The notes under the pieces: model-generated
Told to the model about the DNA's origin: nothing
What the model saw: the letters and a program-made list of their open reading frames with translations, nothing else
Database searches by the model: none
IMG/VR virus record: IMGVR_UViG_3300031963_000162
Span: 1 to 59,295 of that record
Source of the DNA: a virus
Lineage: Duplodnaviria > Caudoviricetes
Reading direction: 5' to 3' (one strand)
DNA: 59,295 nt
Translations under genes and position numbers: made by a program
Shown here: one piece after another, positions 35,465-45,550 of the stretch
How positions within the stretch are numbered: the stretch's first letter is position 1
Layout of the letters: every line of letters begins with the position of its first letter

Positions 35465-38400
35465 ATGGACTTTAACGCCTTAAATAGCTTTATCGATGAG
35501 GACAATGCCTCCGAGGGCTATGATGATCTTGTGGGATTTTCCGAAGGCGGTCCCGTGGGCGAGGACATGGAGGACGATGAGCAGCCGAGCCTTCAGTATT
35601 TTGCTCAGGGTGGTGAGGTAGAGGAAGCGCAGGCAATTTTGACGCGCATGCCTAAGCCGGGTAGAGCAGCGCAGATGCTGCAGAGTTTTGCTGAGGGCGG
35701 TGAAGTACAGAAGACGCCGTTCCCTGAGCTGTTGGACATTAGCAAGCAGGTGAATGCGGCGGGTGCGCCGGTCGAGAAGCTTGCGACACCGACCACGGCT
35801 CCTGCGTCAGCGTCCGTTCCATCGCAGATCAACATCCCGACATTCCAGCCTGTTGCTGCGCCGCCCACGGGCCCGAGCATAATGACGCCGACGCCTGCTC
35901 CGCTTACGGGGTTGGGTGCGCAGCCTACTTTGTCTCAGCCGTCGACGGCCCCGACATCGACGGCGCGGTCGTTGTTTGAGCAGATCAATCCAGCGGCATT
36001 GGCAGCGACACCGACGTACACAACGCCGACGTTTACACCGACTGTACAGACGTTTACCAAGCCGACACTGTTGACGAAAGAGGAGTTGCAGAAGGCGCAG
36101 CCTCCTCTTGTGCGGTACGAGCCGAGTGCAACGTATGGTGGACTGGAGACGTACAAGGGGCCCTTGCAGACGAGTCCTTACGTAGATATACCCGGCGCTC
36201 CGGGGTCCGATGGCGCTCCTGCCCCAGCACCTGCAGCACCTGCGAACATGACGCCGGGGGGTTACAAGTACACGACGTATACCTCGTTGACCCCGGATCA
36301 GTTGGTGGGCTTGGGCAATAAGGCGCAGTTAGGGCAAACCTTTACAGGGATCGTGAAGCGTCAGCAGGATGATGCAACGGCTATTCGCACTGAGTTTAAC
36401 AATGCGATAGCCAGTGGCGACATTGAAACAGCGACAGCGTTGAGGCCGCTTCTTGTACAGAAGGAGGCGGATTTACGCCAAGCCATTACGGACCAAGGGC
36501 TCGTAAATAAATATTTCACAGGCGTAGGTGGAGCGTTTGAGACACCGGAGCAGTATCGTCAACGAGTGCAGACGGCTCGGTTAACGGGAAGTAGATTGGG
36601 GCCTGAGCTTACTTCCGTGTCATTAGAGGGGCTGCAATACAAGCTTCCAGAAACGTCTGCCAAGGGTGCCGTTCCCACACCTTTTGCAGCCCAAATCAAT
36701 ACGCAAAAAGCTGAGTATGACGCGGCGGTGGCCGTGTATGAGAACTTGGCGAGTGCGTATGGCAGGGAGAATCCGTTCGTCAAAAACTATCTTGCAGAGG
36801 TAGTGACGCCGCAGAAGGCGGACTACGACATGCTGATAGCCAAGCCGGTAAGCACTGCAGCGACTGCAGCAGACCGGCTATTGTCCAGTCCGACTTTGGC
36901 GAAAGCGTATACCCCACCGAAGTTATCGCCGACGTTCAAGGTGTCGAATACGATGGCGGCGTTCAAAGGGATCGTAGGCGGTTTGGAGACCTCGGTGAGG
37001 CAGTTGACCAATACAAGAGATGCTGCGGCAGCGGCGGGGTTGACTGGCTATGTTTCGCAGTTGGACGAGGCACTTGAAGCGGAACAGGGCAAGTTGAGCA
37101 AGGCCTTGGAAGATCGTCAAGCGGCAGTGGACAATTCTTTGCCTGACCCTGTAAAACGAGCGATGGGCTCTCCGCCCGAGGGCGAGATGTTGGAGAGTCA
37201 GTCGAGGGCCTTACTAAAAAAGTTATCGGGGGGCAGTGAGGCCAACACTGTCCCCCTGCAGAAGTTCAACAAGGGTGGGGCGGTAAACAAGGCTCAAGGA
37301 TCACCGATCTACGGCGAGATTCCGGACAGCGGGCCTATCACAGCGGACACCAGAGCGGCGTTCAAGGCCAAGGGCCCGAGTGCGTCGAGTGTTGTATCGG
37401 ACGCGGCGAGGTTGTTGAGGAACATCACGGGCGAGGGCTTGTCGAATCTTGAATCGAGAATACGGGGCTCTGTAGCCACGATCCCCGGAACCTTTGGCGA
37501 TATCGAGTCGATCTTTAGAGAGAGCGACAAGACGCGCAAACTGGCGACGACGGAAGAGGTCTTGCGGGATTACATGCCGGGTCGTTTGACCAAGCCCACG
37601 AAGGAAGCCAAGGGCTTTGAAGAGTTGGGTACGTATCTTCCTTTGGCGATTCCTGCGGGAACCGTGAGTAAAGCAGCGACGATGACGGGCAAGGGTGTTG
37701 AAAAAGGTGCTGCGAAGATGTTAGAGCGCCTTGGTCCACGGACCGGGCGTAGTTGGGAGCCGTTGCTTGCACAGGCGGGTGCCGCTCCGATGTACGCGGT
37801 CAAGACCAAGGGTGGAGCGTTTTATCCTGAGGGTATGGGATCGGGCGTAGATACGTATTTAGACCGCGTCGTTAAAGGGTTGACTGGGGCGGAGAATCTG
37901 GCAGGCCGGGACGCTAAGGCGGTGGCGGACTTTATTCGTACCAAGGGACGTAAGTATCTGACTTCGGTGTATGGCACGGCAGAGGATCCATTACGTCTGG
38001 CAGTGATTGAAGGTCGGATGCCGTTGTACGGCTCGGATCAAGAGCGGTTCAGGGATTACCTGTTGGACGCAGCGCGCGCGGGCAATCCGAATGCGATTAA
38101 GGACCTTGAGCGCTTTTACGATGAAGCAACACATCTAAGCACACAGGGCTATGTCCCAGCAGGGGCGACGGACCCTTCCTATGTAATAGGTAACCGTATG
38201 CAGACAGCGCAACGTGAGCGACTGCTTGCTGAAGGGGTGCCAGAGGATTTAATTAATCCAGTTTATCCTGCAACGAATACTGCGCAGCAAATGGCAGAGA
38301 CTACCTATTCAGAGCCCCGCAAGAAGTTAGGCGAACTGTTGCAGGGGATGGAAGCGTTGCCCCCGGACATGCGAGAGTCGTATGTACGCGGAGTGGGCGA

Positions 38401-39136
38401 TACGGATAAGGGAATACAGTCCCTTTTGTATTCGGCGACCAAAGAGCAGCCGATCTACGACCTTGCAACTACCCCAAGCATGGACTTCCTGAAGCCTAAC
38501 AATCTGGCCGAGGGCATTGCATCGATACCCCTTAGAGACCTTGAGCGCATGACGTTCCCTGAAGCGGTGGTCAAGGGGGCGCAGAACATGCGTCTAAAGC
38601 GTGATCGCGGGTTAATGTTGGAGAAGGCGCGAGACGGTAAGGCGGTTCCTAAAGAGATTTATTTTGACGGAACCCAGCCTGTCTACGAGATTGACAAGAA
38701 TCAGAAGTGGGTGCGTATTATGTCGCCTGATGCAGTGGAGCTAGAAGGGGCAGCGATGCGGCATTCGATTGGTGGCTATAAGACCAAAGACGATTACAAC
38801 CTAGGTGGCAAAAAAGCCTTTAACTCGGGACTCGCGCGCATCTTCTCTTTGCGTAATGAGAAGGGCGTACCACAGGTGACGGTTGAGACGAAGTTCACGG
38901 ACGAAGACGGCTTGATGATTAAAGAAGTCAGATCGAAGTTCAACAGTGAGCCTACAGCAGCGGAGAAGCGCGCAGTGTTTCAGTTATTTGAGACACTAGG
39001 TCCAAGAGAAATCAGATCCACCAAGTACAGAAACAGTCGCACAGGAGAGACTTTGAAAGAAGAGGATCGCGTAGAGGTCAACTGGGGCGACGAGTTCAAA
39101 AACTACATGCAGTACAAAAACAAGGGTGAGGAATAA
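35465..39136 (+). CDS. Large modular protein with C-terminal PcfJ-like domain; possible -1 frameshift
   Basis: 1223 aa between terL and portal; three N-terminal FxxGG.V motifs, Pro/Thr linker, coiled coils; C-terminal ELEG.AMRHSIGGY...RIFSLR...G.PQVTVE resembles PcfJ-like domain. Confidence 0.55.
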   Translation: MDFNALNSFIDEDNASEGYDDLVGFSEGGPVGEDMEDDEQPSLQYFAQGGEVEEAQAILTRMPKPGRAAQMLQSFAEGGEVQKTPFPELLDISKQVNAAGAPVEKLATPTTAPASASVPSQINIPTFQPVAAPPTGPSIMTPTPAPLTGLGAQPTLSQPSTAPTSTARSLFEQINPAALAATPTYTTPTFTPTVQTFTKPTLLTKEELQKAQPPLVRYEPSATYGGLETYKGPLQTSPYVDIPGAPGSDGAPAPAPAAPANMTPGGYKYTTYTSLTPDQLVGLGNKAQLGQTFTGIVKRQQDDATAIRTEFNNAIASGDIETATALRPLLVQKEADLRQAITDQGLVNKYFTGVGGAFETPEQYRQRVQTARLTGSRLGPELTSVSLEGLQYKLPETSAKGAVPTPFAAQINTQKAEYDAAVAVYENLASAYGRENPFVKNYLAEVVTPQKADYDMLIAKPVSTAATAADRLLSSPTLAKAYTPPKLSPTFKVSNTMAAFKGIVGGLETSVRQLTNTRDAAAAAGLTGYVSQLDEALEAEQGKLSKALEDRQAAVDNSLPDPVKRAMGSPPEGEMLESQSRALLKKLSGGSEANTVPLQKFNKGGAVNKAQGSPIYGEIPDSGPITADTRAAFKAKGPSASSVVSDAARLLRNITGEGLSNLESRIRGSVATIPGTFGDIESIFRESDKTRKLATTEEVLRDYMPGRLTKPTKEAKGFEELGTYLPLAIPAGTVSKAATMTGKGVEKGAAKMLERLGPRTGRSWEPLLAQAGAAPMYAVKTKGGAFYPEGMGSGVDTYLDRVVKGLTGAENLAGRDAKAVADFIRTKGRKYLTSVYGTAEDPLRLAVIEGRMPLYGSDQERFRDYLLDAARAGNPNAIKDLERFYDEATHLSTQGYVPAGATDPSYVIGNRMQTAQRERLLAEGVPEDLINPVYPATNTAQQMAETTYSEPRKKLGELLQGMEALPPDMRESYVRGVGDTDKGIQSLLYSATKEQPIYDLATTPSMDFLKPNNLAEGIASIPLRDLERMTFPEAVVKGAQNMRLKRDRGLMLEKARDGKAVPKEIYFDGTQPVYEIDKNQKWVRIMSPDAVELEGAAMRHSIGGYKTKDDYNLGGKKAFNSGLARIFSLRNEKGVPQVTVETKFTDEDGLMIKEVRSKFNSEPTAAEKRAVFQLFETLGPREIRSTKYRNSRTGETLKEEDRVEVNWGDEFKNYMQYKNKGEE
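37216..37256 (+). promoter_or_regulatory. Putative programmed -1 ribosomal frameshift signal
   Basis: In-frame A AAA AAG (37216-22), 5-nt spacer, 11-bp stem GGGGGGCAGTG/CACTGTCCCCC with 7-nt loop; -1 frame stops at TGA 37237-39. Confidence 0.6.
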
Positions 39137-39138
39137 CC

Positions 39139-41505
39139 ATGCCAGTAGATAAGCTCGGGGAAAACGAAAAGCCCTTGTCCGTGGAGATTGAAGCGGCAGG
39201 CATGCCTGAAATCGAAATCGTCTTGGAAGAGGATGGTGGGGCGACAGTTGAGATGGGCGAGGACGAAGCTGCGGAAGTGGACTTCTATGACAACTTAGCC
39301 GAGGTGATTAGCGCGGACGATCTGTCGGAAATGTCGCAGACATTGTTGGCGTTGTACGAGGCGGACAAGTCATCGCGGTCGGACTGGGAGACGATGTACT
39401 CCAAGGGCCTTGATCTGTTGGGCTTGAAGCTTGAAGAGCGGACCAAGCCTTTCCGTGGTGCGGCGGGGGCAGTGCATCCGATGTTAACTGAGGCGATTGT
39501 GCAGTTCCAAGCACAGGCGATGAAGGAGTTGATGCCGTCCAGTGGTCCGGTTAGGACGCAGATTGTGGGTAAGGAGACCTTGGACAAGGCGCAGCAGGCC
39601 TCGCGTGTGCAAGATTTCATGAATTACCAGCTAACGACGGTGATGGAGGAGTACACACCGGAGTTTGATCAGGCGCTTTTCTACCTTGGTTATGGTGGAT
39701 CGGTGTTCAAGAAGGTGTATTACGACCGTTATTTGGGTCGGATGGTGTCCAAATTGGTCTTGGCGGACGATTTGTACATCCCGTATTACGGCTCAAGTGT
39801 CATGAGCCAATGCTCACGGGTCACGCATCGTGTGGCGATGTCCACGAACGAGTTTAAGAAGCGTGTTTTGGCGGGTGAGTACCTTGATTTGGACTTGCAA
39901 GCAGAGGCTTTTGACCCGACAGCGAGCGATATTTCGCAGGCGATAGACAAACAGACGGGTTTAACGCCATCTGACGAAGCCGAAGAGATGTTTTTGCTTG
40001 AGATGCACGTTGATTATGACGTGCCGGGCTTTGAAGATGTCGATGAGGATGGTGAGCCGACGGGAATTAAGCTGCCGTTCTTGATTACGATTGAAGAAGT
40101 CAGCGGTCGCGTGGTCGGTGTGCGTCGAAATTGGGAAGAGGACGACGATTTAAAGCTTCGCATCCCTGCGTTTGTGCATTACGTGCTGGTTGAGGGTCTG
40201 GGCGCGTATGGTTTGGGCTTTGTGCATCTGATTGGTGGCTTGTCGAAGACGGCTACGATGGCGATGCGGCAGTTGTTGGATGCGGGAACGCTCTCGAATC
40301 TGCCTGCGGGCTTCAAAGCGAAGGGTGCGCGTATCGCAGATAGCGATAATCCGATTCAGCCGGGCGAATGGCGTGACATTGATGCGGGTGGTGCGGAGTT
40401 GACGGCGTCGTTGTTGCCGTTGCCGTACAAAGAACCGAGCCAGACGCTGTTCTCGTTGCTTGGTTTTGTGGTGGATGCGGGCAAACGCTTGGCATCGATT
40501 GCTGACATGCAGGTGGGTGAAGGCAATCAGATGGCGGCGGTGGGTACGACCATTGCGTTGATGGAAAAAGGCTCGATGGTGATGTCGGCCATCCACAAGC
40601 GCCTGCATTATTCGCAGAAGATGGAGTTCCAACTGCTTGCCAAGGGCTTTGGTAAGTATCTGCCGGACGAATATCCGTATGAGGTGCCGGGTGCGTCGAG
40701 AAAAATCAAGAAGCATGACTTCAATCAGCTGGTGGCGGTACTTCCTGTGGCTGATCCGAACATCTTCTCGGTGGCCCAGCGCATCACTTTGGCGCAAACG
40801 CAGTTGCAATTGGCGCAGACAGCGCCGATGATGCACAACATGTACGAGGCGTACTACCGTGTGTATGCGGCGATGAACGTCAGAGACATTGATGGCATCT
40901 TGAGGCCGCAGAATACGCAGATGCCGAAGGACCCCGCGCAGGAAAACGCGGATGTATTGGATCAGATGGAGTTGAAGGCGTTCTCTGGTCAGCAGCATGA
41001 CGCGCATATCTTGTCGCATTTGATCATGGGCATGTCGCCGATGTTGCAGGCGAACCCGCAGGCGGCGATGACGCTGCAGAAGCACATTTTGGATCACGTG
41101 CGCAAGAAGGCGGAGGAGATTGTCGAGGCGCAGTTGTTCTCGGAGTATGGTGCGGACCCTGATCGTATGGTGTCGCCGATCCAGAAGGAGGGCATGATCG
41201 CGTTGGAAGTGGCTAAGGCCATGATGGAGCTGCGTGGCATTCAAGCGCAGCTGTCTGGTGAGGGTCCTGACCCTGTGGTGCAGCTGAAGCAGGCAGAAAT
41301 CCAGCAACGTGCACAGGCGGACAGCCAGCGTATCCAGATTGAGGGTGCGAAGTTAGAAGTAGAGAAGCAAAAGGCAGCGGAGGTGCAGCGCGCTAACATG
41401 GCACGTGTGCAGTCGCAGGAAAATATTGCGATGTTACGAGCGGATGTGGCGCGAGAGCGTCTTAACCAAGTCAGTCAACAGCAAGGAGCACAAAATGCCT
41501 CTTAA
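39139..41505 (+). CDS. Portal protein
   Basis: 788 aa after terL region; [58 protein letters not shown]; C-terminal coiled coil as in P22-like portals. Confidence 0.85.
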   Translation: MPVDKLGENEKPLSVEIEAAGMPEIEIVLEEDGGATVEMGEDEAAEVDFYDNLAEVISADDLSEMSQTLLALYEADKSSRSDWETMYSKGLDLLGLKLEERTKPFRGAAGAVHPMLTEAIVQFQAQAMKELMPSSGPVRTQIVGKETLDKAQQASRVQDFMNYQLTTVMEEYTPEFDQALFYLGYGGSVFKKVYYDRYLGRMVSKLVLADDLYIPYYGSSVMSQCSRVTHRVAMSTNEFKKRVLAGEYLDLDLQAEAFDPTASDISQAIDKQTGLTPSDEAEEMFLLEMHVDYDVPGFEDVDEDGEPTGIKLPFLITIEEVSGRVVGVRRNWEEDDDLKLRIPAFVHYVLVEGLGAYGLGFVHLIGGLSKTATMAMRQLLDAGTLSNLPAGFKAKGARIADSDNPIQPGEWRDIDAGGAELTASLLPLPYKEPSQTLFSLLGFVVDAGKRLASIADMQVGEGNQMAAVGTTIALMEKGSMVMSAIHKRLHYSQKMEFQLLAKGFGKYLPDEYPYEVPGASRKIKKHDFNQLVAVLPVADPNIFSVAQRITLAQTQLQLAQTAPMMHNMYEAYYRVYAAMNVRDIDGILRPQNTQMPKDPAQENADVLDQMELKAFSGQQHDAHILSHLIMGMSPMLQANPQAAMTLQKHILDHVRKKAEEIVEAQLFSEYGADPDRMVSPIQKEGMIALEVAKAMMELRGIQAQLSGEGPDPVVQLKQAEIQQRAQADSQRIQIEGAKLEVEKQKAAEVQRANMARVQSQENIAMLRADVARERLNQVSQQQGAQNAS

Positions 41506-41755
41506 AAAGGGTTCTAGCCAGAAGACGATCTCGGGCAATATCAGCGAGATGATGGGTGCATTTAAGAAAAGTGGCTCGATAGGCACGAGTAAGCCCAAGA
41601 GCAAGAAGGCAGCGAACAAACAGGCGGTTGCGATTGCTTTGTCTACTGCTGGCAAGTCGAATAAAAAGGCTAAGGGCGGTGCGATGAAGGGTGTGCAGGG
41701 CCCTGCGATGATTGTGAAGAAAAGAGACGGGAATAACCCGGTTAAGATTTATTGA
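41495..41755 (+). CDS. Small basic protein ([24 protein letters not shown] type)
   Basis: Start ATG 41495 after AAGGAG; Lys-rich; contains KAKGGAM. Confidence 0.6.
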   Translation: MPLKKGSSQKTISGNISEMMGAFKKSGSIGTSKPKSKKAANKQAVAIALSTAGKSNKKAKGGAMKGVQGPAMIVKKRDGNNPVKIY

Positions 41756-41764
41756 TTTTCAAGC

Positions 41765-41804
41765 TTTCCAGACGGTAGCTTAGAACCGTCTGCTCTCATG
41801 GAGA
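41765..41804 (+). promoter_or_regulatory. Intergenic hairpin upstream of head-assembly genes
   Basis: CAGACGGT 41769-76 / ACCGTCTG 41785-92; TTTCCA 41765-70 can alternatively pair with TGGAGA 41799-804 (SD). Confidence 0.4.
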
Positions 41805-41810
41805 TTTACC

Positions 41811-41999
41811 ATGCTGGAATTTGCGGAAGCAGTTCTAAAGGACCTGCGAACACTGAGGTCTGACACTGAAGCTATGGTGTTGAATGGCTCGGTGACTTCT
41901 ATGGAGCGGTATCGTTTCCTGATGGGCCGTCTGGAAGGCTTGAACTTGGTTGAGGACGTTATGAAAGAACGCCTCAAGAAGTTTAGTGAGATGGACTAA
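41811..41999 (+). CDS. Small conserved head-region protein
   Basis: 62 aa; G.V..MERY....G...GL helix pair, between portal and GroES. Confidence 0.6.
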   Translation: MLEFAEAVLKDLRTLRSDTEAMVLNGSVTSMERYRFLMGRLEGLNLVEDVMKERLKKFSEMD

Positions 42000-42016
42000 C
42001 CCCTAAGGAGGACTGC

Positions 42017-42496
42017 ATGGAAGCCGTAGAAGAGAAGCAAGACAACTTGACTGCTTTGGAGCGCAAGTGGTTGGAGCAGCAACAGAATAGGGCCCCAACC
42101 ATCGACGATGTCTTCAACGATGAAGGCCAGTTGGACGAGGTGAAGTTGAACGAGAGCGTTCGCGACCATCTCCCGCGTCCGACGGGCTGGCGTATTTCTC
42201 TTTTGCCTTATCGCGGGGCCCGAGTGACGAAGGGCGGCATTGCGATTGCAGAGGAGACGCAGAAAAAGACGCAACTGGCGACTACCTGTGCCTATGTGCT
42301 TGAGGTAGGTCCGTTGGCGTACTGCGACGAGAGCAAGTTTCCAGACGGCCCGTGGTGCAAGCCGGGGGATTGGATTGTTTTCGGTCGCTATGCGGGTTCG
42401 CGCATTCCGATTGAGGGCGGCGAGATACGCCTTATCAACGATGACGAGGTTTTGGCGACGATTGCCAATCCCGAAGACATTGTCCACATGCTCTAA
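42017..42496 (+). CDS. groES: Co-chaperonin GroES (Cpn10)-like
   Basis: P.PTGWRI...P, mobile loop TKGGIAI, V..VGP.AY, WCK.GD.IVF.RYAG, RLINDDEVLA. Confidence 0.85.
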   Translation: MEAVEEKQDNLTALERKWLEQQQNRAPTIDDVFNDEGQLDEVKLNESVRDHLPRPTGWRISLLPYRGARVTKGGIAIAEETQKKTQLATTCAYVLEVGPLAYCDESKFPDGPWCKPGDWIVFGRYAGSRIPIEGGEIRLINDDEVLATIANPEDIVHML

Positions 42497-42507
42497 AGGA
42501 GAAACAC

Positions 42508-43464
42508 ATGTCAAATGAACAACTAGAGTTCAGTATTGGCGACGACGAGAGTCCAGCCACGATTGAAATGAACGAAGATGGCTCTGATGCTGTCTTGGCG
42601 GACGCTCCGCAGGCCCCAGAGGTAGAACTTGAGCCGCCGCAGCAGTCGCAGGAGCAGAAGCAACACGCCAAGGACTTGGATGAGTACAGTTCCGGTGTTC
42701 GTAAGCGCATTGAGAAGCTGACAGCGCGTTTACGAGAGACGGAGCGTCGCGAACAGGCAGCGATTGAGTACGCCAAGAACGTCCAGCAACGGGCAACGCA
42801 GTTGGAGCAGCAATTCCGTCACACGGATGCGGAACGACTGAACGAAGCCAAGGGTCGGATGGATACTCAGATCGCTGCGTTAAAGCAGGTGATCCGTCAG
42901 GCCCGTGAAGAAGGCGATTTTGACACGGAGACTGAGGCGCAAGAGCGTTTGACAGCGATCATGATGGATCAGCGGCAGGTGCAACAGGCTGCAGCCCAGC
43001 GTGAACAGCAGGAACAGCTTGCGGCGTATCAGGCCCAGCAGCGACAGGCTTTGCAACAGCAGCAACCCGCCCAGCAACAGGCGTCTGAGCCTGATCCTCG
43101 TGCTGAGGAGTGGGCGGAGCAGAACCCGTGGTTCGGTGCTGATGTGCCGATGACACATGCCGTGTTTGGTATCCATGCTCAGTTGGTCAATAAGGAACGA
43201 TTTGACCCCCAGAGCGAGGAGTATTATGATGAACTGGACAGGCGTATCCGCGAAGCGTTCCCTCACAAGTTCCAAGAAGGAAACGCGTCGTCTGCGCCCC
43301 AAAAACAACAGAGAGTACGGTCCGCGCATTCCGTTGCTCCTGCAACCCGCTCGTCGGGAGTTAATACAGCGCGCCGCAGCGTGAAACTGACCCCAAGTCA
43401 GGTAGCGATTGCCAAAAAACTTGGTGTTCCGTTAGAGGAATACGCCAAATACGTTAAGGAGTAA
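42508..43464 (+). CDS. Capsid scaffolding protein (putative)
   Basis: 318 aa acidic coiled coil; W...NPWFG, YY.ELD.R, C-terminal LTPSQVAIAKKLGVPLEEYAK. Confidence 0.7.
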   Translation: MSNEQLEFSIGDDESPATIEMNEDGSDAVLADAPQAPEVELEPPQQSQEQKQHAKDLDEYSSGVRKRIEKLTARLRETERREQAAIEYAKNVQQRATQLEQQFRHTDAERLNEAKGRMDTQIAALKQVIRQAREEGDFDTETEAQERLTAIMMDQRQVQQAAAQREQQEQLAAYQAQQRQALQQQQPAQQQASEPDPRAEEWAEQNPWFGADVPMTHAVFGIHAQLVNKERFDPQSEEYYDELDRRIREAFPHKFQEGNASSAPQKQQRVRSAHSVAPATRSSGVNTARRSVKLTPSQVAIAKKLGVPLEEYAKYVKE

Positions 43465-43468
43465 GACC

Positions 43469-43951
43469 ATGGATAAGATTGACGTGCCTTCATTAAATCG
43501 TAAGTCGCGGGAAGCCGAAAGCCGTACCGCAACTGCGCGCCGCAAACCGTGGGCTCCTCCTTCGAAGCTGGATGCGCCTCCTGCTCCTCCGGGCTATAAG
43601 CATCGTTGGATCAGAGCGGAAGCAAACGGATACGATGACCGTATTAACGTGGCTTCTCGCCTGCGTGAGGGATATGAGTTGGTACGTGCCGACGAGTACC
43701 CTGACTTTCTTGGCACTCCGATGGATAGCAACCGACACGCCGGGGTTCTCGGTGTGGGAAGTTTGCTTTTAGCACGAATTCCTGAGGAGACGGTAGCAGA
43801 GCGCAATGCGTATTACAGCTCACGGTCCCGAGACCAAATGCAAGCTGTTGACAACGACTTGATGAAATCAAATGCGCATGACAGCATGCGTATCACCAAG
43901 CCGTCCCGTCAGTCCCGAACAGTCTTCGGAAGTCCGAAGGCTGACGAGTAA
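43469..43951 (+). CDS. Conserved head-region protein
   Basis: W.PPS.LDAP..P.GY.HRWIR, REGYELV, LLLARIPEE motifs; between scaffold and capsid genes. Confidence 0.6.
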   Translation: MDKIDVPSLNRKSREAESRTATARRKPWAPPSKLDAPPAPPGYKHRWIRAEANGYDDRINVASRLREGYELVRADEYPDFLGTPMDSNRHAGVLGVGSLLLARIPEETVAERNAYYSSRSRDQMQAVDNDLMKSNAHDSMRITKPSRQSRTVFGSPKADE

Positions 43952-43972
43952 ACTTTTTTAAGGAATAGACAA

Positions 43973-44554
43973 ATGGCAAACGTCGATAAAGCCTTTGGTC
44001 TTCGTCCTCTTGGCAATCTATCTGCTACTGGTGCCCAGAAGCAGTACAGCTATGTCATTGCGGACAACCAAGCAGGCGCTATCTATCAGGGTGACCTAGT
44101 CACTCTTGTTGGTGGCTATCTTGTTAAGTACGTTAGTGGCACTCACGCCACTGCAGTTGGCGTATTTAACGGTTGCAACTACATTGATCCAACCACCGGT
44201 AAGCCAACTTGGAAGCAGTACTATCCGGGTTCGGTGAACATCACTTCGGGCCAGATTCTGGCTGAAGTGCTTGACGATCCTAATCAACTGTTCCTAGTTC
44301 AGGCTGATGAAGACATCGTCCAAGCAGATATTGGTCAGAACGCTGCTGTTACTGCTACGGCAGGCAGCAACATCACTGGTCTGTCTGCGATGGAACTGGA
44401 TTCGTCCACTATCCTGACTACTAACACACTGGTCCTAAAGATTGTTGGTCTGTACAACGCACCCAACAACTCCTTAGGTGAAAACTTCACCCAAGTCGTC
44501 GTAAAGATCAATGCGCATCAGTACGGCAGCATTGGTGTTGCTGGCCTGACCTAA
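43973..44554 (+). CDS. Capsid decoration / minor head protein
   Basis: MAN.D.AFGLRP, I.QGD.V, GVF.GC.Y, DDP..LF.VQ; immediately upstream of MCP. Confidence 0.65.
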   Translation: MANVDKAFGLRPLGNLSATGAQKQYSYVIADNQAGAIYQGDLVTLVGGYLVKYVSGTHATAVGVFNGCNYIDPTTGKPTWKQYYPGSVNITSGQILAEVLDDPNQLFLVQADEDIVQADIGQNAAVTATAGSNITGLSAMELDSSTILTTNTLVLKIVGLYNAPNNSLGENFTQVVVKINAHQYGSIGVAGLT

Positions 44555-44567
44555 TAGGAGCTAAATC

Positions 44568-45476
44568 ATGGCTATTTCACGCGCACAACTAGTTAAAGAG
44601 TTGGAGCCCGGCCTGAACGCCCTGTTCGGCCTTGAGTACAAAAACTATGAGCAAGAGCATCTGCAGATTTACGACGTTGAGTCGTCAGATCGTGCATTTG
44701 AAGAGGAAGTCATGCTGTCTGGCTTCGGTGAGGCTCCGGTCAAAACCGAAGGTGCTGGCTTGGCATACGACACCGCTCAGGAAGTCTTTACCGCTCGCTA
44801 CACCCACGAGACGATTGCTCTGGCATTCTCTCTGACGGAAGAAGCGGTGGAAGATAACCTGTACGACCGTTTGGCTCGTCGTTACACCCTCGCTCTGGCC
44901 CGTTCGATGGCAACTACCAAGCAGATCAAGGCCGCTTCGGTCTTGAACGGCGCTTTCACCACCTCGATTGGTGGCGACGGCGTTGCTCTGTGCTCGACGG
45001 ATCACCCTATCATTGGTGGCCCAGACCAGAAAAACGAACTGGCAACCGCTGCTGACCTTTCCGAGACTTCTTTGGAACAGGCCATCATCGACATCCAGTC
45101 GTTGGTTGACGAGCGCAACCTGAAGATCGCAATCCAAGGCCTGAAGCTGATCATCCCGAAAGAGCTTCAGTTCACTGCGGATCGCATCATGAAGTCCACT
45201 CTGCGTGTTGGCACTGCCGACAACGACATCAACGCCCTGAAGAACATGGGCATGATTCCGCAGGGCTACACTGTCAACCACTACCTGACCGATCCGGACG
45301 CATGGTTCGTTAAGACCGACGCTCCGAACGGCATGAAGATGTTTGAACGTGTAAACATGAAGACCGCCTTTGAAGGTGATTTCGAAACTGGCAACATGCG
45401 CTACAAGGCGCGTGAGCGTTACAGCTTCGGCTTCTCCGATTGGCGCGGTATCTTCGGCTCGCCCGGCGCGGCCTAA
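44568..45476 (+). CDS. Major capsid protein (HK97 fold, Mu gpT-like)
   Basis: MAISRAQLVKELEPGLNALFG, SDRAFEEEV, ARYTHETIALAF..TEEA.EDNLY, YLTD.DAWF, YKARERYSFG.SDWR; biased codon use; followed by terminator. Confidence 0.9.
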   Translation: MAISRAQLVKELEPGLNALFGLEYKNYEQEHLQIYDVESSDRAFEEEVMLSGFGEAPVKTEGAGLAYDTAQEVFTARYTHETIALAFSLTEEAVEDNLYDRLARRYTLALARSMATTKQIKAASVLNGAFTTSIGGDGVALCSTDHPIIGGPDQKNELATAADLSETSLEQAIIDIQSLVDERNLKIAIQGLKLIIPKELQFTADRIMKSTLRVGTADNDINALKNMGMIPQGYTVNHYLTDPDAWFVKTDAPNGMKMFERVNMKTAFEGDFETGNMRYKARERYSFGFSDWRGIFGSPGAA

Positions 45477-45480
45477 GAGA

Positions 45481-45510
45481 AAAAGGGGAGCTTCGGCTCC
45501 CCTTTTTTTT
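45481..45510 (+). terminator. Rho-independent terminator after MCP
   Basis: AAAA-GGGGAGC-TTCG-GCTCCCC-TTTTTTTT. Confidence 0.9.
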
Positions 45511-45550
45511 AGTCGTAAAATGGCAAGAACTAGATGAAAAGGAGTTGTTT

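Noticed and set aside
40150-41307. 385-aa antisense ORF within portal
   Set aside because: Shadow ORF from biased codon usage; His/Arg/Leu-rich with no recognisable motifs.
45416-45550. MCP-endonuclease fusion by -1 frameshift (endonuclease frame is open back into the MCP 3' end)
   Set aside because: No slippery sequence in the overlap, a strong terminator intervenes, and the endonuclease has its own SD and ATG.
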